A stretch of 50,000 nucleotides of DNA from Chiloscyllium plagiosum (taxonomy: Eukaryota). Below the pieces are notes generated by a model. It was given only the letters and a program-made list of their open reading frames with translations, made no database searches and was not told the DNA's origin. The translations under genes and the position numbers were made by a program. Positions 25,110-37,550 of this stretch are shown piece by piece. Position 1 is the first letter of the stretch. Every line of letters begins with the position of its first letter. The stretch lies in NCBI RefSeq assembly GCF_004010195.1, contig NW_025214741.1, forward strand, positions 1 to 50,000, written 5' to 3'.

Positions 25110-25685
25110 TGGGGAACATACTTGGAGTACTGAATGCAGCTGTGGTCACTCAACTATAGAAAGATTATTATTAAACTAGAAAGAATGCAAAAATGATTTA
25201 CTAAGATGCTACCCAGACGAGAAGGTTGGGTTGTAAAAGGAGGTTGGGACCATTTTTTTTCCCTTGGAGTACAGGAAAGTGAGGGATAATCTTATATAGG
25301 TCTATAAAATTATGACAGACATAGATAAGGTAGATAGCCAATAGCTTTTCCCCTTGGTAGGAGAGAGGACGACTCGGGGGGGGCTGGGGGTGGTGGTGGT
25401 CATAGGTATTAGGTGAGAGGGGACAGATACAAAGCAGGCCCAGAGGAGCAGTCTTTTCACACAGAGGGTGGTGAGGGTAAGGAATGGGCTGCCAGAGGTA
25501 ATGGTGGAAGCAAGTACAACTTTTTTATTTTAAAAACATTTAGACAGGTACATGGATGGGATAAGTATGGAGAGGTATGGACTATATGCAGGCAGAAGGG
25601 ACTAAATTAATTATGAAAACTGGGTGGCATGGGCACGTTGGGCCAAAGGGACTGTTTCCACGCTATAGACCTCTATGTCTCAGAA
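25110..25685 (+). mobile_element. CR1 LINE 3' fragment
   Basis: ttggagtactgaatgcagctgtggtcac...ttttcacacagagggtggtg...gggccaaagggactgtttccacgctata tail, shared with the V-SINE tail. Confidence 0.8.
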
Positions 25686-25909
25686 TAGAACATCATAAAT
25701 CAGCTTGTTAATTTACAATGGCCTCAATCACTGGAGTTCTTAAAAAGCAACCTTTAGGAAGATAGAATTAATATAATGGAAACGTGTGAACTTAGTCACC
25801 AGAGAACAAAGGCTGTTGTGGTTACAGCTACGTTTTCTGTTAAGGGACTAAGCCAGAGCTTCACAAACATTTTCCCCACTGTACCTCCATTTTAAAGCTT
25901 TTCCTAATT

Positions 25910-26190
25910 TATTCCTGGGTTGTGTCATCACTGGCTAGGCCAGCATTTATTGCCATTCCCTAAATCAGAGGATAGTTAAGAATAAACCATATTACTGTGT
26001 CTGAAGTCACATGTAGGCCAGACCAGGTTAGGACAGCAGATTTCCTATGAAAACACAAAAACGGCATCAGTGATACAAATGTCTTTATAAAAAAGAAAAA
26101 TTGCCAGTGATTATACAATGATGGTTAGATCTTTATTGTTTTTTTAAATAAATTTAATCTGCCAAGGTGGGATTTGAACCCATGCCCCCA
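25910..26190 (+). repeat. Interspersed repeat fragment (LINE-end or SINE-like); related copy at about 2835-3080
   Basis: Shared start cactggctaggccagcatttattgcc / tactggcaaggtgagaatttattccc; family not determined. Confidence 0.45.
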
Positions 26191-26833
26191 GAAAAAACAC
26201 CACACACCTATTCATGCTTTTTTATTGGACCTCAGAGCACAAATTAAAAAAAAAGAGAAGTGACCCAAACTGTGGTCACGTTACACAGGTTAAAAGAAGC
26301 ACTACCCTAAACTCTGGAAGTTCCTTCTCAAATATCTCCACTTCTCATTTTATTAAAAGTTGTTTGACCCACCTTTAGGTCATCAAATTTAAAACGTACT
26401 TGATGTAACTTTGCTTTATCACCAAAAAGGGGTCAGAGGGGGTTAATAGGATGGTGTGAGGGAACCTGTTTTAGTTTGTCCACTGCAAGTAGCAGTCATG
26501 TGACCAAGGCAGCACAAACTTCATGGAGGATCAGGGTTGACCAGTGGGACAAGATATGTATATTTGCATGAGAAGTGTTTACGGAGTCTGAATGCTGTCA
26601 GTCTTTAAAATACACACTTATCACATATCTCATGGCAAACAAAAAATGGATTTTTGCCATCTCTAGAAGCTGTCTATTTCGTGGGTATGATTCTAGAAGC
26701 AGCAGCTCTCAAATCATTTTAGTGATCACTTTTCACTTGTGATTCCAGGCAATAAGCACCAGTAGGATTTATAAGAAAGAGCACCATGACACATGCATTT
26801 CCCAAAGCTCCAAATACAAGCTGGAAGTGTTCC

Positions 26834-28020
26834 AGGAGAAAGTGAGGACTGCAGATGCTGAAGATCAGAGTCGAGAGTGGAGTAGGAGATAGGTCAGAGT
26901 GGGGAGTGATGTGAAGGTCCAGAGGATGGTGCCGAGTTGGAGACTTGGCTCTGGCATAACGTGGAGGGAGGGGAAATGAGGAAGCTGTTGAAATGCACAT
27001 TTATCCCGTGCGGTTGCAGGATCCCAAGGTGCAATGAGGCGTTCCTCCTCCAGGCGTCAGGTGGTAATGGTTTGGCAATGGAGGTGGCCCAGGACCTGGA
27101 CGTCCTTGATGGAGTGGGAGGGGGAGTTGAAGTGTTCAGCCAGCCACAGGGCGATGGGATTGGTGGGTGCAGGTGTCCCAGAGATGTTCTCTGAAACAAT
27201 CCGCAAGAAGGCTTCCTGTCTCCCCAATGTAGAGGAGACCACACCGAGTGCAACGGATGCAGTAAATGACATTGGTAGATGAACAGGTAAACTTTTGATG
27301 GATGTGGAAGGATCCATTGGGGCCTTGGATAGAGGTGAGGGGAGTGGTGTGGGCACAGGTTTTACACTTCCTGCATTGGCAGGGAGTGGTGCCAAGAGTT
27401 GGGTGTGGGCCTGACGAGGGAGTCGTGGAGGGAATGGTCTTTTCAGAACGCCGATGAGGTGGGGAGGGAAATATCTCTCTGGTGGTGGGGCCCATTTGCA
27501 GGTGGAGGAAGTGGTGGAGGATGATGCATGGTATGCAGAGGTTGGCGGGGTGGAAGGCAAAGACCAGGGTAGTTCTGTCCTTGTTGCATTGGGAGGGGTG
27601 GGGTTCAAGGGCGGTGGTGCTTGAAGCCAGCGTCAACCAACTGGGAAGAGAAGTTACGATCATGGAAGGAGGCAGCCATCTGGAATGGTCACCTGTTCCT
27701 CTGCTACATCAATGACTGTATTAGCACCGCCTCATGCTCCCACAAGGAGGATGAACAGTTCATCAACTTTACCAACACCTTCCTCCCTGACCTCAAATTC
27801 ACCTGGACCATCTCGGAAACCTCCCTCCCCTCCCTGGACCTCTCCATCATCATCTCTGGCAACTGACTAACCACAAACATATCACAAGCCCACTGACTCC
27901 CACAACTACTTAGACTACACCTCCACCCACCCTACCTCCTGTAGGAAATGCCATCCCTTATTCCCAATTTCTCTGGCTCCACCGTATCTGTTCCCAGGAT
28001 GACCAATTCCACCTCAAAAG
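26834..28020. mobile_element. Decayed Penelope-like retroelement (Neptune-type): GIY-YIG part on minus (26834-~27625), RT fragment inverted on plus (~27685-28020)
   Basis: Minus ORF 27136-27663 has CQCRKCKTC...FTCSSTNVIYCIRCTRCGLLYIGETG...FREH (Cys knuckle plus GIY-YIG). The plus frame has LFLCYINDC...FTNTFLPDLKFTW...LPSLDL (decayed YIDD region). Stops and frameshifts are present. Confidence 0.85.
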
Positions 28021-28039
28021 TCAGCTAATTAGTACTCTC

Positions 28040-29455
28040 GTATCCTGGTGGCTAGCTCCCTACCTGTCTGTCCAATGTAAATGTTTGTTGCAGTTCTTGC
28101 CACTCCACCCACTCAACCTAGGAATTCCTCAAAGACACCAAGGTAGAATATGACAAGTTTCCTTCAATGTGACGGCTCTACTCATACCAATAAACATCAC
28201 CCTGACCATAGAAACACTGGCCTCAGTTTGAGACAAACCAGGGATACAAACACCTGACACCACCAACTCCAATCAGCACGAACAGCATCCTCAAACTATT
28301 AGACCTGTGCCTCACAACCCACTTCCATACAAATCAATGGAACACCTATGGGATCACCAATATCAGGACTATTAGCAGAAGCAGTTATGCAGAGGTTAGA
28401 ACGAACAACCCTTCCCATAATCCAGCCCAAGCTTTGAGTCCACTATGTGGATGACACCTTTGTCATCACAAAACGCAATAAATTTGAAGAAACCCACAAA
28501 ACAACAACATCCTTACCAGTATAAAGTTCACCAAAACAGGGAGAGAATAATAGACTCCCCTTCCTAGACCTCACAGTAGAACGAAAAACCAATGGACAGC
28601 TGCAGACCAGCATTTACAGGAAAGCCACACACACACACTGACTAGATACTCAACTACAGGAGCAACCATCCCAACACCCACAAACAGAGCTGCATCAGGA
28701 TGTTATTTAAATGGGGCACAATACACTGCAGCGCCCAGGAACTACGAGAAGCGAGGGGAAAACTCCTATACAACTTATTCAGGAACAAGTACCCATTAAG
28801 CGCAGTCTGCCAATTCCTACATAGACCTAAACATACAACGACGACATGCCCAAAGACTCTCGCCACCCTGCCATACAAAGACATTTCAGAGATGACGACC
28901 AGTCTACTCCAGCCCCTAGACATCATGGTTAGCCCACAAACCTACCACCACACAAACAGCTCCTGATGACTTTAAAAGGACCCCCTTACCAACAACCAGC
29001 AGAATGAACGTCATGTATAAAAAAATACCCCGCAAGGACTGCAATAAACATTACATTGGACAGACAGCAGGAAACTAGCCACCAGGATACACGAGCACCA
29101 AATAGTCACCAAAAGACATGACCAACTAGCACTAGTACCCACACAAACGAAGAGGGACACCAGTTCAACTGGGACAATACATCCATCCTAGGACAGGCTA
29201 AACAAAGGCACGCACGGGAATTCCTAGAGGCCTAGCATTCAAACCGGAACTCCATTAACAAACAGGTTTGGACCCCATTTACAAACCTCAGAAACAGAAC
29301 AGAAAATGATATCACCTACCACAACAAGCCGAGACAGAAATAGCAAGCAAGACAGAACACCAACACTTCAGAGGCTCACTGATAATATTACCTAGCATGG
29401 TGACAAAATATCAGAGAACAAATCTACTAGCTCAGAAAGCAAAACTTTACAACCT
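28040..29455 (+). mobile_element. Decayed Penelope-like retroelement (Poseidon-type), RT plus GIY-YIG plus 3' repeat
   Basis: QINGTPMGSPISGLLAEAVMQRLE (from about 28330), HYVDDTF (28441), LPFLDL, CNKHYIGQT and LATRIHEH (about 29040-29100). Multiple stops and frameshifts. Degenerate hammerhead at about 29376-29415 (CTGATAA...ttacc/ggtga...AAAATATC). Confidence 0.85.
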
Positions 29456-32400
29456 GACAATCATTGTTTTTATTTTTCCCAAAACAATATTAGACATGTT
29501 TGAGAAACAGGAATTCTCGCTGCCTCTAAAACATGCCAAGTCAGCAGTCTTCATGCAAAATCTCAGCAAAAGGATTTCTGTTACTTCATGCTGGAGATCA
29601 GAGTGACAGAATACCATACAAACATGATGCAGCATCATTAACATGCAGTCCTTTGTCTTTGAAACAAAATAGAAACCTGGCAATTTTTTTTTGTTTTGAA
29701 GTAGTGGTGGGATTTGGGCCTAATTACAACAATCCAGACCCAGCTGCTGCTTCCAATCTCTAGTGAGTTAGCTGATATCAGCTACAATGAGCAGCAGGGA
29801 CACTCTAATTTGACTATTTCTAACATCAATGGGTACAAATCAACCAGATATCCAGTTAGATGTTGCACAAAGTTTCTTTGTACTATTCTATCAAATACTC
29901 CTGTCAGACCAGGCAAAGTAGAGGCTAAATTGCGAGCCTGATTCAGCTGCTAACACATGCGAATGAACAAAACTATCATACATTTGTGCATGAAATTCTG
30001 AACTTGAGTGATTCAGTTGAAAATGTTGACCTTTGACAATATTTATTTTTAAAATATGATAATCCTATCACACTATTTGAAGAATAGCAGGAAGATTTCC
30101 TGCATTTTCGTCAGATTGTTCTCTCACTAAACCAACACCACCCCTCAGAGCAGTGTAAATTGTTGCTTTGTGTGCAAACTGAAGGGAAGGAAAAAAGTCC
30201 CTTTACAAGTCATCACTCCAATCTTTCCAATTTTCCAAATGTTCATTGTAGCCAGTCAATCCAGCATAGGCCCAGCATTGAAGAAAGATCTTACAATCTG
30301 GAATGCACTGCTTGAAAAAGGGTGATGAACACACTTGCAATGCCAGCTTTCAAAAGGCAAGTGAAGACATACTTGAGAAAGGAGATATTTGTAGGAGATG
30401 GGGAAAGCAAGCGGAGATTGTGACTATTTGGGCAGCTTGGCATTTATCAATACATAATTCCATGAAGTTTTAGAGCTTTAAAAACGATTAGAGGTTTTTG
30501 CAAACTAAACTGATTGTTATAAATAGACATCATTCAGAGCAAGAGCAAAAGCAGGGTATTTGAAGCATCTGGACTGACAGCACCAGCAACCTTCTCCAGC
30601 AAGACTGGAGCTCCTGCTTAGACCCAATTCAGACCAATAATGGTGTATTGTGCAGACTAGTCATGTAAATTTAGACAGATGCTTCAAAAAGGGACAAGGA
30701 GTTTGTTGGGAGGTCTAGGGGATTATGAATTATAGCCACTTACTTTCATTATTGATCCCCTAACCACCTGTTGTTTTGGGCATGCACACAAATTTGCCTC
30801 AGCTTCTGGGATTTCTCACCTGGAAGCTGCCCATTTTCCACAAGCTAGAGAAACAAACACAAACAGTTATTCCCTGCACTTATCCCTACAACAGCTGGCG
30901 AGGAACAAAACAGAAAACAAGAGCACTAAGACTCAAGTTGCAATTGAAGATGCAAGAGAAGTCACCCAGAAAAAAAATGTCTGAGCTATTTGCAACAGAA
31001 AACTTAGTACAAAATAAATTCTTTTCTCCATTAGAACTTTTTCCCCCTGGAGAATGCTGCCCTGAATGTCTCTTGTCCTTCCAAACCCAAATTTCCTAAC
31101 TATGTTCTTTGTCCTTCTTACTGCTGTCAGTGTTCTGATCTCAAAGCCAGGTTCTCCAACTCTACCCTAACCAAAACATTAACTCGTTCAAAAATGTTTC
31201 TTCTTTCTCCAGTTCAAGACTATTACATTGCTTAAATCACTTTCACTGTTCAGCCTTATTCCCGAACCCTTCATCTAATGTATCTTAATAAAACTTACTG
31301 ATTTAAAATTGAAGCCATACATTAGCAAATAACGTATATGGGAACCACCCAAGTCATGGCTCCCTTTGTAGCAGGGTTAAAATAATAAAAAACTAAAAGA
31401 TCCCTGGCTTCATTCCCAGTCCACAGAGAGTTGGTTTATATTGGTCTAGATGGTGTCAAGATTCTTAACCATTGATGATTTCATTCCCTGAGCTGGGGGT
31501 GCAGGCAAGAGTCAGCCAGAGTTCAGATTTCATGTTGACATTTAGTGCCTCTTTCTAGAAAATGTGCAAATGTAGGCTTGGGTCACAAAAAGGTTTGTAT
31601 TTTTCAGTGATGACTCAGATGAATAGTTGAGTTCATTGTACTGCTCAAATAAAGTCTTTTGTACATTTAGATCAGAGTCATACATATGTGGACACGAGTT
31701 ACAGACTGGAATCTAATTGAGAAGTTTGGAGTTTTTATTTAACAGATACAGAGTGAAACCATGATTCCAGTTGATCTAAGAGAAAACCAAGCAAGCCAGT
31801 CCACAGCCCTAGAAAAATCACAGCAAGCTATTCCTCAAGATATTCTCCTCAGCTCAACACTTTGTTTTGGGCTAACAGACTAGGACTCAAAACAAAATGT
31901 TTAAACTTAGTGACAGATATTAACACCAGATCCTGCCAGACAGACAATGGCCACCTTCCACAAGATGGAAAGGCCTAACCACCTCAGGCTGACCTCCTTC
32001 ATCCCTCACCCATCAACATCCAGGGGAAACCATTGATCAGAGACTTAACTGGAAGATCCATTTCACAAATGCTACAACATCAAGAGAGAGGCTGTGACAA
32101 TGAGGGTCACCTCCTGATCCCAAAGTCTTTCCACTATTTAGAATATGCAAATCAAGAATGCGACAAAATGTCAATGGCTATTCAGCATGCAAGGAACTTT
32201 TTACTGAGAAAATAACCCACTTATTTGAAGTGTGCCATTGGTCTTAATATCCACCCCTCTGCCAGCATACAATGGTTGCCTTATACAGTATATATCCACA
32301 GAAACCCCAGTGTTTATTCCTATGCTCAAACTTAAATGGATTCCAGTACTGTTCAGCGCCCCTGGAGATATTACCTTCAAATCTTCTTGAAGTTCAAGTT

Positions 32401-33296
32401 GTTTCTTATCCAAGAACTTTCCTATTACACTGAAAATATGCCCACTGCAATATGGTCACTTCAAAATATTGGCTTCAGAATTTGTTAGCAAGGCTATATA
32501 GTGGTGAATAAAGAGTAAAAAGGAAGAGGAGAGAATGAATAAGTTTGCAAAAACTAAAGTATTTATTGAATTAAAATCCCATCCTTTGTGAACAATGTGA
32601 CAGATGTGATTTAACAATATTTATGCTTTTTATAAAAGACAATGCCTTGTTACTGTTAAGTCTTTCATCTATAGATTGCCTGGAGTAAATTCCTCACCTG
32701 AAAACTGGCCTAAGGCTAAAATTTCTAATCCATTCATTTCCAACCATTATCTCAAAGTCCAAACAGATTCACTCAGTCCTCCTTAATATTTACAGAACTG
32801 GAAATGTTTTCTTCTCATCAAAGCTTAATTCTGAAGAACATATAACACACAGGAAAAATTTCTTTGTTTTTGTACAGTCCCAGGGTTTGGCAAGAGGTGG
32901 TCAGGAGTTGAGGAAAGAAAACAGGATCAGTTTCCACAAAGTTCTTCTGACAAAATATTTTGTGGCCAGAAAAGCAAAGATTTCCTGTGAAGAGAGAAAG
33001 CAGTCCCATTGGAAGCTACACCAACACTGAGGTCTATTAACTGCGTCTGGAAAACAGCTATGGTTTAATCCTGCTGGTTGCAACAACACTTTTTCAGCCT
33101 AACATTCAAAACTATTCTTCCTTCTGATGATCAGTTCTTGCTTGTTCTGCAAAATCTTTGCCAGGCATGATGCTGCTTTACTGTTAGTCACTATACTCCT
33201 TTGGACAAGAGGGGAACAGATGGTTATTGAAGGGATTACAGCTGTGAAAATCCTGTGGTGCTCATAAATTATCCAAGTCTCCAGTTAGAGCTGGAC

Positions 33297-33340
33297 AATA
33301 AATAGATAGATAAAATAAAATAAATAAATAGATAGATAAA
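33297..33340. repeat. Low-complexity (AATA/GATA)n microsatellite
   Basis: aataaatagatagataaaataaaataaataaatagatagataaa. Confidence 0.8.
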
Positions 33341-33853
33341 AGGAACTTTTGTTGTCTGCCCATATTCTGTTTTTACTGAAGTCAGGAGACAGATTTCATG
33401 GGTGAGTCAGAGAATTCAGTATAGTATAACTAAAATGGGTGTTTGTCCACTGGTAGAGTGGAGTGTTTTGGTCTACAATGGAATTTTCATGCGATACATG
33501 CTCAGCGAAAACAGCAAATGGAAGCTATTATTTACATATTTCATTTTTAAACCTCACTTTAAAAGTCAAGAATACATTGTACAATGATGTGCAAGATGTG
33601 ACAACTGAAGTTCTTATCTCGAGGCCCTGAAATATCAGCCTTTGTAGTGAACTTGGGGCAGGATACATTTTCCTTTTTTAATTAATCAACAAAACACAGG
33701 AGGTAAGCAAATTATAATTAAAAGTTTTATTTTCTTTCTATACTCAAGTTCATTTAATAAACTCAAATTATTAAGACAGCCAGCTTCTAGATTTCTCAAT
33801 TTGAAATGTTTTATAAATTTAAAATCCCAAAACCTTCAACATGCATATAATTA

Positions 33854-34035
33854 AAAATCACACAACATCAGGTTATAGTCCAACAGATTTAATTGGAAGC
33901 ACTCTAGCTTTCGGAGCGATGCTCCTTCATCACCTGATGAAGGAGCATCTCTCCGAAAGCTAGTGTGCTTCCAATTAAACCTGTTGGACTATTTTTAACT
34001 TTGTACACCCCAGTCCAACACCGGCATCTCCGAAT
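33854..34035. mobile_element. Head-to-head inverted Penelope-derived element (family B)
   Basis: 14-bp TSD catgcatataatta (33840-33853 / 34036-34049); 58-nt inverted arms 33875-33932 / 33935-33992. Confidence 0.82.
33931..33965 (+). ncRNA. Minimal type I hammerhead ribozyme motif
   Basis: CAC-CUGAUGA-A-GGAG CAUCU CUCC-GAAA-GC-UA^-GUG: helix I CAC/GUG, helix II 4 bp, palindromic AGCU helix III. Confidence 0.62.
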
Positions 34036-34965
34036 CATGCATATAATTAGTATTGTCTTACTTTCTCAATTTGAAAAGAAACTAGAAAGAAAAACTAAAC
34101 AATGTTTTTGAAATAGATTTTACTGGAAAGCAGTGAAAATTAATGTATGCAGGGTTTCTCTATTGCAATGGTCATGTATTTTTTATTTTGTGCTTCATGG
34201 TTGTAGACAAAATTAGAAAGTATTGTTAAAGAAGTGTTTTAAGGAATTGCAGCATATTTTGAAAAGTAACCTGACACTTATGGCAGGCACTGGATTTGTA
34301 CAGCTATTTGAACAAGCAGCAATTGAAGAGGACTCAACTGTGACCATTGCAGCCGCGATGGGAAGATGTTAATTGACCTATGGACTAGTGATCACTTATT
34401 GATACAATGTTCTTTTGCCTGCCAACAGCTATGTAATTGCTTTCAGGTAACTAAATGGCTTGGGACTGGGAACTTGTCACCTGCCAGCTCAGAAATGGAG
34501 TTGGTTCTCTGTCGTCAAAGCTTACCTTAAACCTGAAGAAAACCAATTTCTTTCCTCCTGCAGTTGCTGCAAGTTATGACTTCTAGTTAATAAATCATAA
34601 TTTTACAAGTTGAACAAATCAACATGTCTCAAAAAAAAAAAAAATCAGTGAAAGCATTCAGAAAAGGAAAGCCAGGAAGAAACTTTCAGACCAGCGTGAC
34701 AGAATTTGTGGACAACAACGATTGAACTCTTTCCAGTTTCCCCTCAATTCCATCCATCTTTTTTCCTGTCTGTACATCTGACCTGTATGAGGAGTTTAAA
34801 AAGGGAATAAAGAGGTGCATTCCAACAGTTTAACTGTTTACTTGTAGCTACAATCTAATTACTTTTAATAAACGGTAATTCTTGTTCAGTACAGAAACCT
34901 GGGCCATGCTTCCTATCAAACTGGGTCTAAAAAAAAATCAGAAATTGAAGCACTTAATGTAACGA

Positions 34966-35214
34966 CTGTGTTGAGTTTGCACGTTCTCCCAGTGTCTGTG
35001 GGGGTTTCCTCCGGGTGCTCCAGTTTCCTCCCACAGTCCAAAAATGTGCAGGTTAGGTGAATTGGCCATGATAAATTGCCCATAATGTGAGGTGAAGGGG
35101 TAAATGTAGGAGAATGGGTCTGGGTGGGTTGCGCTTCGGTGGGTCGCGCTTCGGTGGGTCGGTGCGGACTTATTGGGCCGAAGGGCCTGTTTCCACACTA
35201 ACTAATCTAACCTA
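34966..35214 (+). mobile_element. 5'-truncated V-SINE (HE1-like) with an internal 15-nt tandem duplication
   Basis: Near-identical to the 4796-5117 copy in opposite orientation; ggtgggt(t/c)gcgcttc is repeated at about 35123-35152. Confidence 0.85.
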
Positions 35215-37230
35215 ATGTACTTATTTTGAAAGTTTTTACTTCTGTGGCAAATTCAGGAACAACAGGTCTTGATTTCTTGCACATAGCCACACTGACTCAT
35301 GACACTAATCTGTCACAACTGAAGTGCATGAGCCATGGAAATGCTGGCAAAACAGCATCGGCATAGACAAGACCCCTCCCCCCACAGGAATCCCACCCTA
35401 CCCTTAATGCTGCAGTCGCTGAAGAGTGTACATTATACAAATGCTCAAACAGATTAATAGTATTCCTTCTCTCGGCAAATGTATAAATCCTATGATTTTG
35501 AAAGAAAGAGACTCAAAAAGTAGAACCTTCAATGAAGACATTTTAAAAACGACAAATTTAAATCCATTGCAATAACATTTCAATATTTTAATTATTTGAT
35601 GTTTAAAATATTTGACATTTGAAATCAGCAATTTAAGATAATTTAAATGATGCAAAAAAGTCACTTTATGTTTCTCAAACTGTTTAATTGCTAATAGCTG
35701 ATAAAATTACAGTTATACAGTTATACAAAGTTCAAAATTATGACAAAGTATGGCTTCTGAAGTTAAAATTTTGTGTAAATCAAAGTTAGACTACATTTTA
35801 TCTTCAGTTTTTACCCAGCTTCCTCAAACACCATCCCTCACTCTAAAAGGTTCTGCTGAGCTGCAGTTAACTAACTCTGGTACTTCAACCAGACTTTGTC
35901 AGCTTTCACATCTGTAAATGATCAGGGGTCAAACATTGACATCTGCCTGATCAGAAACAGACCCCAACTGAAGTCAGCAGCTTTTGCAGACAGCGTAAGT
36001 TGGACAACAATGCTAAGAGATCTTACTGAGCAACACTGTTTCCACCCAGTGGTCCACCATTCACCACCTCTCCTCTACAACCAATTACATTCCAACTGCA
36101 CACCAGGCTGTGTTCTCCCAGTTCCTGAGGCTATACAACTGTGCCAGTAAAAGCAGGAGATTGAACAAAGTTGCACAAATTCTATTGTAATTACACACAC
36201 AAAAAGGAAATTACATTTGTATAGCATCTTAAAGTGGCTGGTAGGCCAATTAAAATTTCAAATCATAGTAACTGATGTAGAAAACATGGAAGCTAACTTG
36301 CACACAAAACACCCACAAGCAACAGAGGTAGGACAAAACACTTTGGGGAAGACATTCAGCTCCAGTTTTTGAACTGAAATTGAGGCTGCTACAAAAAGGG
36401 ATTTTTAAAAAAATAAGTTCAGCTACTAGCACTACCAGAAAAACAACAGCTTTTCAGCTGGATTTCCATGGGTCTGGCTGTGTCTCTGTGGGTTTGTTTC
36501 AAAAACAGTTTGTCTGCACTGCAGAGCACAAACTGGAGTTTGGCAGTAACAACTACAGTTAGTGTGGTTAAAGTGTGTAGGTGGTGAACAGGCCGACTTG
36601 GGACAAATTGCCCAAATTCAGTCCCAGTGCTCAAGTAGCAAATAACTCACTCATGCAAAATCGACAGCAAAGTCACAGACAAAGACTTGCACTCCCAAAT
36701 ATCCTCCCATCCGGGACTAAACATTGCCAAATAACATCTAAAATTCCTAAACTCCACTAAACAGTCAAAAACCCTGTGCCAATAAACTCCTAAATATCCC
36801 CAATTCACTAAAAATTAAAATTCCCTCACATGAAATCTAACTCTCACTCTCCATCCACTAACACTGAATTACCTCAGGTATTATCTATTCTCCAATTATG
36901 TTCAAACTTTGCCCATGGCTATTGCAAGAGAGTTCCCACCACCGTACCCGCCTCCCCCCACCCCCCCAAAACCCCAGTGAATCTAGACAAACAGATCAGG
37001 ATTTTCAGATCCCATTTAGTTTGGAACCAGATCAAGCCTGAAAAATGAGGCAGCCAAGCAATTAGGCTCATTAATAGCCATGTTAAATGGTAACTTTAGG
37101 AGGCTGACTCAATAGCATGCACCAAAAGACCACACTGTAGAGACGACCCAATTCTACCACATCTGTGGTTTTCTTGATGTAGCCTACATCGTAGCCGCAA
37201 GAAAACTGCCTTATTGTAACAGTCTCAGTT

Positions 37231-37550
37231 CATAGAATCCCTACACAGTGAGGAAAAAGACCCTTTGGCCCAAGAAGTCCACACCGACCCTCTGAAGAGT
37301 AACTCACCCATTCCCCTATATTTACCTCCGACTAATGCATCTAACCTACACATCCACGAACACTATGGGCGACTTAGCATAGCCAATTCACCAAACCTGC
37401 ACATCTTTGATTATGGGAGGAAACCAGACCACCTGGAGGAAACCCACACAGACACAGGGAGAATGTCCATACTGCATACACAAAGTTGTCACAGTCTGGA
37501 ATCGAACCTGGGTCCCTGGCCCTGTGAGGCAGCAGAGCTAACAACTGAGC
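37231..37550 (-). mobile_element. V-SINE copy (related subfamily)
   Basis: Same V-domain (aaacccacacagacacagggagaatg on +) and B-box (gaatcgaacc on +); tail catagaatccctaca. Confidence 0.8.

Noticed and set aside
26894..28966. Penelope ORFs as a domesticated or active gene
   Set aside because: Stops, frameshifts, inversion and a mutated RT motif (YIND) indicate decay.
34526..34532. ttttcttcag|GTTTAAG|GTAAGC, a possible 7-nt microexon or recursive splice site in intron 1
   Set aside because: 7 nt would shift the frame, the polypyrimidine tract is short, and there is no in-frame ATG for a first exon. Such a motif is expected by chance in 31 kb without RNA evidence.
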